From: Bacillota bacterium
Lineage (GTDB): Bacteria > Bacillota > Clostridia > Saccharofermentanales > Fastidiosipilaceae
Reading direction: 5' to 3'
NCBI GenBank assembly: GCA_030057555.1
Contig: JASGUU010000020.1
Coordinates: 5,286 to 69,285 of the forward strand
DNA: 64,000 nt
In this document: piece after piece, positions 47,707 through 56,779 of the stretch
Layout: the number at the start of each line of letters is the position of its first letter
Numbering within the stretch: position 1 is the stretch's first letter
Translations under genes and position numbers: made by a program
Notes under the pieces: generated by a model
What the model saw: the letters and a program-made list of their open reading frames with translations, nothing else
Databases searched by the model: none
What the model was told of the DNA's origin: nothing

Positions 47707-49884
47707 TTGGCCAGACGCAGAAGGACCGCGCCGCGCAGAAGCGGTGCAGGCGGATCCGATTCCGCCTCTTTCCTACCCCACCCCATTCCCAAATCAGAGT
47801 CACAGGAACAGTCTCCCCCAACCGCCAGGCGCCAGCCGCGGCGCAGCGACAGCGTTACCGTCCACGGCCCCGCAAAGGAGAGACGCCGGACTGGCTCAAA
47901 CGCCACGCAATCGAAGCGCAGCGAGTTGAAGCCTGCCGGCGGCTCCACCCGCCGCGAGAAAGCGGCGTCTGTCCCCTCCCAAAACACGAAGGGGAAGACA
48001 AACGACGAGCGCCCGACCGGCGTTGTCCCGCAGACGCTGTCACGAGGCCGCTCCACCCATCGCCGACGTCCCGGCAGCCATCGCGCCGACGTCCGCGGCC
48101 AGGATTCCTCCGTACGACAGCTGCCGCATTTCTCGCCGCAGTATGATATCCGCACCCTGCGCTCTCTCGGGCGCAATCCGGAGACGGCCTCCTACCGCAA
48201 CGTCAACCAGTCGAAACAGGACGCCCTGAAGGTCATCCCGCTCGGCGGTCTCTGCGAGATCGGAAAGAACATGACGGTCTACGAATATGGCAGCGACATG
48301 ATCATCGTGGATGTTGGCGTTGCCTTCCCGGAGGAGCATCAGCCTGGCATCGATTCCGTCATCCCGGACATGTCCTATGTCTTCGAGAACCGCGCGAAGC
48401 TGCGCGGCGTCTTCCTGACCCATGGTCACGAAGACCACATCGGCGCCATTTCCTGGCTGCTGCGCGACATCGACGTACCCGTCTACGGCCGCCCGCTGAC
48501 CATCGGTCTTGTCGACTACAAACTTGAGGACAAGGGAGTCCGCGGCCGCAGCCGCCTCCTGCACCCGGTCGAATATGGCGAGATCGTGAAGGCCGGCGTC
48601 TTCGGCGTTGAATTCATCAACGTCAACCACTCAATCGCCGACGCCGCCTCCCTCGCCCTGCACACGCCGGCCGGGGTCGTCATCCACAGCGGCGACTTCA
48701 AGATCGACTACACCCCCGTCTTCGGCGAGCCGATCGATCTCGGCCGCTTCGCCGAGCTGGGCAACCAGGGGGTCCTCCTGTTCAACTGCGAGAGCACCAA
48801 CATTGAGCGCCGCGGATCCACACCCTCGGAGCAGAAGGTTGGGGAGGCTTTCTCGAAGCACTTTGCAAAGGCCCCGGGCCGCATCATCGTCGCCACCTTC
48901 TCCTCGAATGTCTCGCGCGTGCAGCAGGTCATCAGCGCCGCCGAGAAGCACGGCCGCCATGTCGCCCTGATGGGCCGCAGCATGCTGAATGTCTTCCGCG
49001 CCGCGCGCAGGCTCGGCTATCTGCAGATCCAGCCCAACACGCTGATCGAGGCCGACGATATTGACAGACATGCACCGGAGAAGGTTGTGATCATCACCAC
49101 CGGGAGTCAGGGCGAGCCAACGTCGGGGCTGACGCGTATGGCCTATTCCGAACACCGCAGCATCGAAATCCAGCCCGGCGACATGGTGATCATCTCGGCG
49201 ACTCCGATTCCCGGCAATGAGAAGTCCCTCTACCGCGTCATCGACGAGCTCTACAAGCGCCGCGCGACCGTAGTCTACTCCGACCTCGCCGACATTCATG
49301 TCTCCGGCCACGCCTATCGCGATGAAATCGAGCTCATGCACCGCCTGATCCGGCCGCGCTATTTCATCCCCGGCCACGGCGAGTACCGCCACCTCCACAT
49401 CCATGCCGAGGTCGCCCACGCTCTCGGACAGAGCTGGGACACGATCTACCTGCTCAACAACGGCGACATCCTGGAGTGCACTCCGGAGTCGGCACGCATC
49501 GCCGGCTATACCAGCGCCTCTGCCGTCCTGATCGACGGCTCGCCGACCGGAACCGTCAACCAGGAGATTCTGGAACAGCGCCAGTCACTGTCGGACGACG
49601 GTGTCGTCGCCGTCGCGATCGCGGTGGACTCCAAACGGCGGCGCCTCGTGGGCGAGCCGCAGATCATGACGCGCGGCTTCATCTACGAAGAGGACAGCCG
49701 CAGCGTGGAACGCGACTGCATCCGCGAAATCCGCAACTATGCAGAAAAGGCCCTGAACAGCGGCCAGCCACTCATGACGATGCTCGACGCCCCCAGGCTG
49801 CGTGAGCGCATCCGCGACCAGCTCTTCCAGAAGACAGGGCGGCGCCCGGTCGTACTGATTCAGATTCTGGACGTGACGGCATGA
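47707..49884 (+). CDS. rnj: Ribonuclease J with ~173-aa Arg/Ser/Pro-rich N-terminal extension
   Basis: Metallo-beta-lactamase/beta-CASP core (KVIPLGGLCEIGKNM, THGHEDHIGA). TTG 47707 is 6 nt after AAAGGAG and no in-frame ATG lies before the core. The ATG 47560 start has no SD. Confidence 0.88.
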   Translation: MARRRRTAPRRSGAGGSDSASFLPHPIPKSESQEQSPPTARRQPRRSDSVTVHGPAKERRRTGSNATQSKRSELKPAGGSTRREKAASVPSQNTKGKTNDERPTGVVPQTLSRGRSTHRRRPGSHRADVRGQDSSVRQLPHFSPQYDIRTLRSLGRNPETASYRNVNQSKQDALKVIPLGGLCEIGKNMTVYEYGSDMIIVDVGVAFPEEHQPGIDSVIPDMSYVFENRAKLRGVFLTHGHEDHIGAISWLLRDIDVPVYGRPLTIGLVDYKLEDKGVRGRSRLLHPVEYGEIVKAGVFGVEFINVNHSIADAASLALHTPAGVVIHSGDFKIDYTPVFGEPIDLGRFAELGNQGVLLFNCESTNIERRGSTPSEQKVGEAFSKHFAKAPGRIIVATFSSNVSRVQQVISAAEKHGRHVALMGRSMLNVFRAARRLGYLQIQPNTLIEADDIDRHAPEKVVIITTGSQGEPTSGLTRMAYSEHRSIEIQPGDMVIISATPIPGNEKSLYRVIDELYKRRATVVYSDLADIHVSGHAYRDEIELMHRLIRPRYFIPGHGEYRHLHIHAEVAHALGQSWDTIYLLNNGDILECTPESARIAGYTSASAVLIDGSPTGTVNQEILEQRQSLSDDGVVAVAIAVDSKRRRLVGEPQIMTRGFIYEEDSRSVERDCIREIRNYAEKALNSGQPLMTMLDAPRLRERIRDQLFQKTGRRPVVLIQILDVTA

Positions 49885-50429
49885 CGCCCGCGGATGCCCG
49901 TGCCCACATCGGCGCGACGGCCCGCCGCATGTTGAATCACGAGGCCGGCGTGCCGGCCCGCACCCGCCATCTCCTCGCGGTCCACGGCTACGCCTGCCTG
50001 ATCGCAGACGGCGAGGGTCTGACACTGGACGGACCGGACTGCACCCTGCGCCTCATCATCGAACTCGCCGCCCTGACGCATGACATCGGCATCCGCCCTG
50101 CACTGGCCACGCACGGCAGCTCCGCGGGTCCTCTGCAGGAGGAGCTCGGGGCTCCCCTCGCCCGCGACCTGCTGGACGACCTCGGGCTGCCTGCGGAGAT
50201 CAGCGACCGCGTTGCCGGACTCGTCGGCAGCCACCACAGCTACGGCGGAGAACGGGGCCTCGATCACCAGATCCTGATCGAGGCGGATTTTCTCGTCAAC
50301 TTCCTTGAGAGTTCCTATACAGAGGAGGCCATGGCACACACGCTGGCCTCGGTATTTCGCACCCCGACGGGCAGCTCGCTCGCCCGCGAACTCTATCAGC
50401 TGCAGCCTCCGCGGGACTTCACCCGTTAG
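49881..50429 (+). CDS. HD-domain phosphohydrolase-like protein
   Basis: H...HD pattern (LLAVHGY ... ALTHDIG ... GSHH). ATGA overlap with the rnj stop. Confidence 0.7.
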   Translation: MTPADARAHIGATARRMLNHEAGVPARTRHLLAVHGYACLIADGEGLTLDGPDCTLRLIIELAALTHDIGIRPALATHGSSAGPLQEELGAPLARDLLDDLGLPAEISDRVAGLVGSHHSYGGERGLDHQILIEADFLVNFLESSYTEEAMAHTLASVFRTPTGSSLARELYQLQPPRDFTR

Positions 50430-50599
50430 CGAATAACAGACGGGCAGAAGGCTCCGACACAGGGCGGTCCACTCGTTCTGTGCCGCCGTGGCAGCGGACC
50501 TCCTGCGTCAGGCACACTGTCAGCCGCGGTCTGATATGCCAAAACCGGAGAGCCCGTCTCTCAGGAAACGAGCTGGAGCCGCAAAAAGCCGCGTTCATC

Positions 50600-50774
50600 G
50601 ACCCGGGTACAGTATGCAGTGCACAGAAATGCGAGTTATGCGCATTTTCTCTGTGGACAACTCGAATATTTGCACATAATCCGCTTTGAGTGCTGATTTC
50701 ACGCTCAATGATTCAAGATATACACGAGCCGGCGTGTATGTCTTGTAATCCTGCTCACAACCCCCTTATGCATC
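50600..50774 (+). repeat. Low-GC intergenic element, copy 1 of 2
   Basis: Shares gacccgggtaca.tatgcagtg, ttatgcgcattt, aactcg.at.at, tgcaca/tgtgcaa, gctcac and ttatgcatc blocks, in order, with 60472-60625. Confidence 0.6.
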
Positions 50775-50813
50775 CACCAGCGCACCTGAGCTTCATGGAC
50801 ATCAGAGTCGCCC

Positions 50814-51194
50814 TCACCAGAGCCAGGTCCAGACGCCGATAAAGAGATTCAGCAGCAGGCTCAGAGCGATGAGTACGCGGTCAAACAGACCCGTATAACC
50901 GGCCACGCCAAAGATATTGATGATAAAGAGGGCTGCGGAGCAGATGAGGCCCGCCCATCTGGCGACTCCCTGGGGCAGGAAGACCATGCCCAGAGCCATC
51001 AGGATGGGCACCAGCATAAACAGCGCCGCCAGCAGCAGCTGAAGCTGGCTCATCGGCCTGCCATCGATCACGGCCACCTCGCGACCTTTTTCATAGAGAC
51101 GCAGCACATCCCCCAGCAGATATATGAGCAGCAGCGCCAGCCAGCAGACGGCCAGCTGGACACGCCTCGACTCCATGCAGACTGTTGCAGGCAT
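50814..51194 (-). CDS. Small four-TM membrane protein, unknown function
   Basis: Hydrophobic throughout. ATG 51194 overlaps the stop of the upstream oxidoreductase frame (TGATG), 7 nt after GGAGGG. ATG 51200 is possible. Confidence 0.6.
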   Translation of the reverse strand: MPATVCMESRRVQLAVCWLALLLIYLLGDVLRLYEKGREVAVIDGRPMSQLQLLLAALFMLVPILMALGMVFLPQGVARWAGLICSAALFIINIFGVAGYTGLFDRVLIALSLLLNLFIGVWTWLW

Positions 51195-52153
51195 CAGCAT
51201 CCCTCCTCCTCATGCAGCAGCAGAATCACACTGCCCCGCTTGTGTCCGCTGTCCACGATGCGATGTGCCTTCTGCACTTCGTCCAGAGGCAGAACCGTCT
51301 CGATCACGGCCTGCAGCCCGCCCGCCGCAAAGTACTGCGCCAGCTTTTCCACCTGCTGGCGCCCTTCCCGGGCCAGCTCCCCGCCGGCAACATTGACCAG
51401 GCGGCCGCCTTTTTTCAGCGCCATCCTCGCCTGGCCCTTGTCCAGCGTGCCCACGCTGTCCAGTATGAGATCGTACTGAACGTCGGCAGCCAGAACCCGC
51501 TGCAGCTGATAGTTGATAAAGTGCTGCGCTCCCAGTTCCCGCACCAGCATTTCATTTCTGCCGCTGGCTGCCCCAGTCACCTCCAGCCCCAGCAGCCTGG
51601 TCAGCTACACCGCCATGCTGCCCACCGCTCCCGCGGCTCCGTTAACCAGGATGGACTCGCCCGCCGCAGCTTTGTATTTCTCCAGAAAATAAAGGGCGGT
51701 GGTACCGCCAAAGGGCAGGGCGGCCGCCTCCACGAAGCCCATGGATGAGGGCATGGAAGCCACGGGACCCGAGGCGGGGACCGCGACATATTCCGCATGG
51801 CAGCCATAGCGCATGCCCGGGGAGGAACCGAAGACCCTGTCCCCGACTTTGAAGCCGTCAACACCGGGAGAGAGGGCAGCGACAGTCCCCGCAAATACGG
51901 TACCCAGAATGGGCTGGCGGGGTCTGCTAAAGCCCAGCAGCAGCCGCATCAGAGTTCGCAGAGGTTCTGCCGCCTGCAGGCTTCTGGTTCTCGTATCCGC
52001 AGTATTCACCGCGGTGGCGGCAACGCGTACGAGAAGCATGCCCGGCTTTCGTTTCGGCAGAGGGACTTCCATGATCCGGACCAGTTCCGGACCGCCGTAG
52101 CCTGTTGCCAGAGCCGCCCTCATGTGTTCCGGCAGGGCGCTGTTGCGACTCAT
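51194..52153 (-). pseudogene. Zinc-type alcohol dehydrogenase / NADPH:quinone oxidoreductase interrupted by one in-frame TAG (51605-51607)
   Basis: ORFs 51605..52153 and 51194..51580 are in the same frame. The junction reads NGAAGAVGSMAV*LTRLLGLEVTGAAS, where family members have AVQLAK. Confidence 0.8.
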
Positions 52154-52171
52154 CTGCTTTCCCCCCGGACT

Positions 52172-52390
52172 TCACTCTTCGTCATAGTAAAAGACCTCTT
52201 CCAGACCCTTGCCAAAGACTCTGGCAATGGCAAAAGCCAGTTCCAGCGAGGGCGAATACCTGCCGTTTTCCACGGCCAGAATGGTCTGCCGGCTGACACC
52301 CACCAGATCGGCTAGCTCCTGCTGAGTCATTTCATTGGCCAGGAAACGCAGGGTACGGATCCTGTTTTCGATCCGGGTCTTTTTTGCCAT
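52172..52390 (-). CDS. XRE-family HTH transcriptional regulator (72 aa)
   Basis: MTQQELADLVGVSRQTILAVENGRYSPSLELAFAIARVF is a typical Cro/C1 HTH. ORF trimmed to ATG 52390. Confidence 0.85.
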   Translation of the reverse strand: MAKKTRIENRIRTLRFLANEMTQQELADLVGVSRQTILAVENGRYSPSLELAFAIARVFGKGLEEVFYYDEE

Positions 52391-52392
52391 GC

Positions 52393-52833
52393 TCAGCGTC
52401 CTTCCCCATACGCGACAGCGTAGCTGATCCACAGGCCAAGATCGGCCAGCAGCAGCGTGAAGGACAGCGCACGAAAGAAAACCTGCAGTCCCAGACCCAG
52501 TGCCAGCAGGGCTGCGGAGAGCAGCAGGGAGATTGTGATCACGATCCCGAAGGTCTTCATGGCCACACCCTCGATAAGGCAGTCCCGCTCGTCGCTTTTC
52601 TCTGCAAAGCCCTTTCCTCCGCCCGCCTTCTGCCGGCCCATGACCAGAGCCGTGATCAGCACGTTCAGCAGCAGAAAGCCCAGCATCAGCACGAGCAGGT
52701 ATATCCCCCACGCCCTGGCCAGACTTTCACCTTCCAGAGTGGCCACCCGCGACTGGTTCCAGGTGTAGCTGCAGATGAACCAGGCCAGATTGGATATGGC
52801 CGCGAGGATGGCTATCCTTGTGTAGTTGATCAT
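52393..52833 (-). CDS. Four-TM membrane protein paired with the XRE regulator (DUF2178-like arrangement)
   Basis: Hydrophobic profile. Stop lies 2 nt before the regulator ATG. SD GGAGGGG. The family call is from memory of this gene pairing only. Confidence 0.55.
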   Translation of the reverse strand: MINYTRIAILAAISNLAWFICSYTWNQSRVATLEGESLARAWGIYLLVLMLGFLLLNVLITALVMGRQKAGGGKGFAEKSDERDCLIEGVAMKTFGIVITISLLLSAALLALGLGLQVFFRALSFTLLLADLGLWISYAVAYGEGR

Positions 52834-53054
52834 GTATCCCCTCCGGAGTCAGCCGGAGTCCTCAGAAGCTCCATCATTCATGTTAATTATTCTTTACACC
52901 ATGTACAACTTTTTATACTTTATACACCAGCGCAGCAGCACATGTCAAAGATTCTTTACATCGGGGCACAGGCGGGGATCTGCAGCTGGATCAGGAAATA
53001 AAAAGGGAGCCCGGGCGGGCTCCCTGGCTGCAGCCGGATCGGACGCCTGGCGTC

Positions 53055-53717
53055 TCATCTGCTTTCCCTGTCCTGACGCCGCAGCCGGCGCAGCAGGCTG
53101 CCGATGGCGAGGCCGATGAGGGAGATCCCGGCTCCTGCCGGGATCATGCCAAAGCGCGGCAGATTGATTTTATGAAAGGCCACCATGTTGGCCATGCTGA
53201 AAGTCGCGTATTCCGCCAGCATGTACATGAGTCCAAAGGCGGGGGCGGCGAGCCATTTGCCCCGGCCCCAGTAATTGTTCCTGGCGATAAGAATCGACAG
53301 GATCAGTGTCAATACCGGCAGCAGGATCCAGAGATACATCAGGCTGAAACCCATGCCATCCGAGCCGCTGCTGAAAAACCAGAACACCAGCATGCCCAGG
53401 CTCCAGGCCGCGAGATAGGTCAGGATCACCAGCAGCTGACCCTGCCTCTCCCTGCTTTTGACCACATTGGTACTCTCTTCCAGATAATCCAGATAATTCG
53501 ACACCGTTTTCTCCTCCTTCAACAGGGCATCGAGACTGATGTTATAGAGATCGCTCATCTTCACCACGCTGACGATGTCGGGATAGGTTCTGCCGTTTTC
53601 CCAGTTGGAAATGGACTGGCGGCTGACACCCAGCTCTTCCGCGACCCGTTCCTGCGTCATACCGACATTTCTGCGTGCGTCCTTGAGTTTTGCTCCGATA
53701 TCCATCCCTTGTCTCAC
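53055..53717 (-). CDS. XRE-family HTH protein with C-terminal multi-TM domain
   Basis: MTQERVAEELGVSRQSISNWENGRTYPDI HTH followed by 4-5 hydrophobic segments. GTG 53717 after AAAGGAGAG. Confidence 0.8.
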   Translation of the reverse strand: MRQGMDIGAKLKDARRNVGMTQERVAEELGVSRQSISNWENGRTYPDIVSVVKMSDLYNISLDALLKEEKTVSNYLDYLEESTNVVKSRERQGQLLVILTYLAAWSLGMLVFWFFSSGSDGMGFSLMYLWILLPVLTLILSILIARNNYWGRGKWLAAPAFGLMYMLAEYATFSMANMVAFHKINLPRFGMIPAGAGISLIGLAIGSLLRRLRRQDRESR

Positions 53718-53934
53718 TGCTCTCCTTTGCCCCTGATTGAAGCCCGTCCCGGCTGACGAATCCAGCGAAGATCTTTGTCATACCCGGATTTTACGTGTCA
53801 AAATGCTTTTACATCGACCCTGCAGCAGCCTTTCAGGCCTGCAAAGCCCTTCTCGCGACCGTCAGACCGCTCCGTATGCCAGGCGCCGAAGAAAAGCCGC
53901 CTCCCAGGCGGCTTTCCCTCTGCCTCTTCCGGCG

Positions 53935-55359
53935 TCAGGCATCGGCCTGCCGCTCCCGGCGCTGCTTCAGGTCGGCGCTGATTCTGGCCAGAGTCTTTCG
54001 GTCAAGATTGTAGATCAGGCCAATGGAGATGATCTGGGCGATGGCGGTGACCAGCAGTCCGCCCGAGACCAGATAGCGCATGTTGAGCGCCGTGCGGGCG
54101 CTCTGTGCCGCGCCGAGCGAGGCCTCATAACCCAGCATGGTGGCGAGAACCAGACCCAGTGAAGGGCCGATGCCCTGCGCCAGCTTGCGGAAGAAGGAAT
54201 AGAGGGCGTAGGTCGTGCCCTCATCGCGGACGCCATTCTTCCACTCGTTGTAGTCGATCGCATCGGCAACCAGCGACCAGACCATGGCGGAATAGAGGCC
54301 GTTTCCGAGCGTGGCCAGCAGGGCGCAGGCCGTGTAGAGTATGAGGCCGTTGGCATCGGGACTCATCGGCAGGAAGGTCATCAGTGCGTAGGCAATGGCC
54401 GTCACGCAGAAGCCGGCCAGGATGGGCTCTTTCTTGCCGAAACGGTTGACGATCCTGTCGATGACGGGCATGTAGATGAACATGCCTAGCCAGGCAATCG
54501 TACTCAGCAGTCCGGAGATCTGCGCATTTTTGAAGTAGGACTGGAACATGATCTGGGCGGCGGTCATCACGCCGTAGAGACCGATAATCTCACAGACCGA
54601 GAGGCAGGCGACGCCGATGGCCGCCCGGTTTCTGGCGAAGTTGACCACGGCCTTGACCGGGTTGAACTTCGGCTGCTCCTCTTTCAGGGTGAGGCTGGTA
54701 TCCACGCGGATCGTGGTGTTGCGGATCATGAACTGGAAGGCCAGGAAGCCGATGCCGCCCAGAACCAGAGCGATCCAGAAGATGGAGCCGCCTTTCAGGT
54801 TGTTGTTCGAGTCATAGACGAGAACGGGCAGGAACATCATGATCGGGAGAGCGGCGAGCAGGGCTCCGGCACTGCGCCAGGTGGACAGCTGCGCCCGCTC
54901 GCCCGGATCGGTCGTGATCAGGGACATCACGGAGCCATAGGGCACATTCGCGATGGTGTAGAAGGCATCCCAGATAATATAGCCGGCGAGGAAGAGAATG
55001 TTTTTCACCATCGAGGGCATGCCGCGGAAAGGCAGAAAGCAGCAGGCACCCGCCACGAGCAGACCGACGGAGCCCACCGAGATGTAGACCAGGAACTTGT
55101 TGCGTTTATAGCGGCGCTGGTCGGCATCGATCAGACCGCCGATCACCGGATCGTTGATGGCGTCCCAGACCTGTACGAGCAGCAGCAGGGTGGCCATCAG
55201 GTAGGAGTCTATGCCCATGTACTGGGTCCAGAAGATGGTCAGATAGGACTTCAGGGCAAAGGACATGTTGCAGCCGAAGTCACCGGCGGCATACGCGACT
55301 TTGTCGCGCAGGCCAAACCGGGGATAACCGTTTGCGTCGAGTTGAGCGGTTTTTGCCAT
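53935..55359 (-). CDS. Glycoside-pentoside-hexuronide (GPH):cation symporter family transporter
   Basis: RDKVAYAAGDFGCNMSF...YLTIFWTQYMGI N-terminus typical of MelB/UidB-type carriers, about 12 TM. ATG 55359 after GGAGGAGG. Confidence 0.85.
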   Translation of the reverse strand: MAKTAQLDANGYPRFGLRDKVAYAAGDFGCNMSFALKSYLTIFWTQYMGIDSYLMATLLLLVQVWDAINDPVIGGLIDADQRRYKRNKFLVYISVGSVGLLVAGACCFLPFRGMPSMVKNILFLAGYIIWDAFYTIANVPYGSVMSLITTDPGERAQLSTWRSAGALLAALPIMMFLPVLVYDSNNNLKGGSIFWIALVLGGIGFLAFQFMIRNTTIRVDTSLTLKEEQPKFNPVKAVVNFARNRAAIGVACLSVCEIIGLYGVMTAAQIMFQSYFKNAQISGLLSTIAWLGMFIYMPVIDRIVNRFGKKEPILAGFCVTAIAYALMTFLPMSPDANGLILYTACALLATLGNGLYSAMVWSLVADAIDYNEWKNGVRDEGTTYALYSFFRKLAQGIGPSLGLVLATMLGYEASLGAAQSARTALNMRYLVSGGLLVTAIAQIISIGLIYNLDRKTLARISADLKQRRERQADA

Positions 55360-55416
55360 TCCAGCCTCCTCCCCCGGCGGCACGGTGCGGCTCCTCGTGC
55401 CGCGGCCGGCTCCGTA

Positions 55417-56517
55417 CTACAGAACGTCGGCGGGTTTCGTGAACCTGGCCTCCAGAGGATTCTGGCGCTCGATTTCGCGGAAGATGGCGATCTGTGCCTT
55501 GATATGTTCGGGCTTCATATAGAGTTCGGCACCGTTGACCAGCGTGTCATACCAGCTGTGGTAGAAACGGTTGGTACACTTGGCGTAGCTGTTCCAGACA
55601 TCGGCCTCGAAGTCCACACGCTCCTCATGCCAGACCAGGTGGTTGTTGCAGTAGGCAGGAGAGCCGTCCGGATGGTGGAGGGATTTGTGCTCGAGAACGG
55701 GCACGGGAACCTCCTCGTCGAGGAAGTAGCGGTAGATGATCCTGTCGCTGTAGACCCGCATGGTGCCGTGGCTTCCGTAGATGATGAATACTGCCGCGTC
55801 ACCGGCGAAGGCGTCGGAGGGATTGACCTCCATCTCGTAGCGGACGCCGTTCGGATATTCCAGCGTGCAGAACAGATAGTCCTCGGCATCGCCCACAGAA
55901 TTCCAGATATCCAGTTTGGAGATGATCTTCGGCATCTCGTCGCTGCCGGCCAGATCCATGATCTGCTCGATGGAATGGGCGGCGTTGTTGCGCATGGAGC
56001 CGGCATCGCGGTACAGCAGGGTCTGCCAGTCATAGCGGCGCGAGAAGGAATTCTGACAGGCCCTGACCAGCCTGACGTCTCCGATCACCTTCTTATTCAG
56101 CAGCTCATACATTTTGATGTAGTAGTCATTGAAACGGTACTGATGGAAGATGGTGAAAACGGCATTGTTCGCCTGGGCGGTATCAATCAGGTCCTGAACC
56201 ATTTCAGGCGTTTTGCACAGGGGCTTCTCGCAGAGCACGTTCAAACCGTGCGCCAGCAGATCCTTCGTAATGGGATAGTGCAGGTCGGAGTAGGAGGCGT
56301 TGACGACAAAGTCCAGATCGCTGCGCTCGAACAGCTCTGTGTAGCTGTTGCAGGTGTCACAGGCGAAGTGTTCTCCGGCAGCGGCTTCACGGGCCGGATC
56401 ATCCTCGACAACAGCAACAACGTTGCAGATATCGTTGCTGGGCGAGCGCAGGAAGGCTCCATGGATATCACAGCCGCTCCGGCCATAACCGATGATCGCT
56501 ACATTCAATTTCTTCAT
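55417..56517 (-). CDS. Gfo/Idh/MocA-family NAD(P)-dependent oxidoreductase
   Basis: MKKLNVAIIGYGRSG Rossmann N-terminus and EKP motif (LCEKPL). ORF trimmed to ATG 56517. Confidence 0.88.
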   Translation of the reverse strand: MKKLNVAIIGYGRSGCDIHGAFLRSPSNDICNVVAVVEDDPAREAAAGEHFACDTCNSYTELFERSDLDFVVNASYSDLHYPITKDLLAHGLNVLCEKPLCKTPEMVQDLIDTAQANNAVFTIFHQYRFNDYYIKMYELLNKKVIGDVRLVRACQNSFSRRYDWQTLLYRDAGSMRNNAAHSIEQIMDLAGSDEMPKIISKLDIWNSVGDAEDYLFCTLEYPNGVRYEMEVNPSDAFAGDAAVFIIYGSHGTMRVYSDRIIYRYFLDEEVPVPVLEHKSLHHPDGSPAYCNNHLVWHEERVDFEADVWNSYAKCTNRFYHSWYDTLVNGAELYMKPEHIKAQIAIFREIERQNPLEARFTKPADVL

Positions 56518-56779
56518 GGTTTTTTCCTTTCTTCTTCGTCGGAATCTGGGCTTTTTCATCAGTCGCAGGGGTACGATTTGTACAAATGGTATATCACATG
56601 ATACTGGCACTTTGTGTCTATCCATCGATCACTGAACCCATGGTAACAAACGACGCACAGAACGCGTGTGGGCCGGGGAGTTTGCAGATCACAAAAACGG
56701 ACACCGGCTGCTTCGTCTCATTGTTGGGACAAAGCCATGCCGGCGCCCGTCTTTCTGTATCTGGTGGCTGAATGCGTCA

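Noticed and set aside
47472-48176. 234-aa minus-strand ORF and the ATG 47560 start overlapping the RNase J extension
   Set aside because: The plus frame continues without a stop into the conserved RNase J core and has a strong SD at the TTG. The antisense ORF has no SD or motifs and is Arg/Gly-rich shadow sequence. ATG 47560 has no ribosome-binding site.
51605-51607. TAG as programmed recoding (pyrrolysine or TAG=Gln code)
   Set aside because: Many other genes in the window end in TAG as a normal stop (htrA, pyk, trxB, nrdJ and the adaptor gene). There is no pyl gene context. A single CAG-to-TAG transition explains it.
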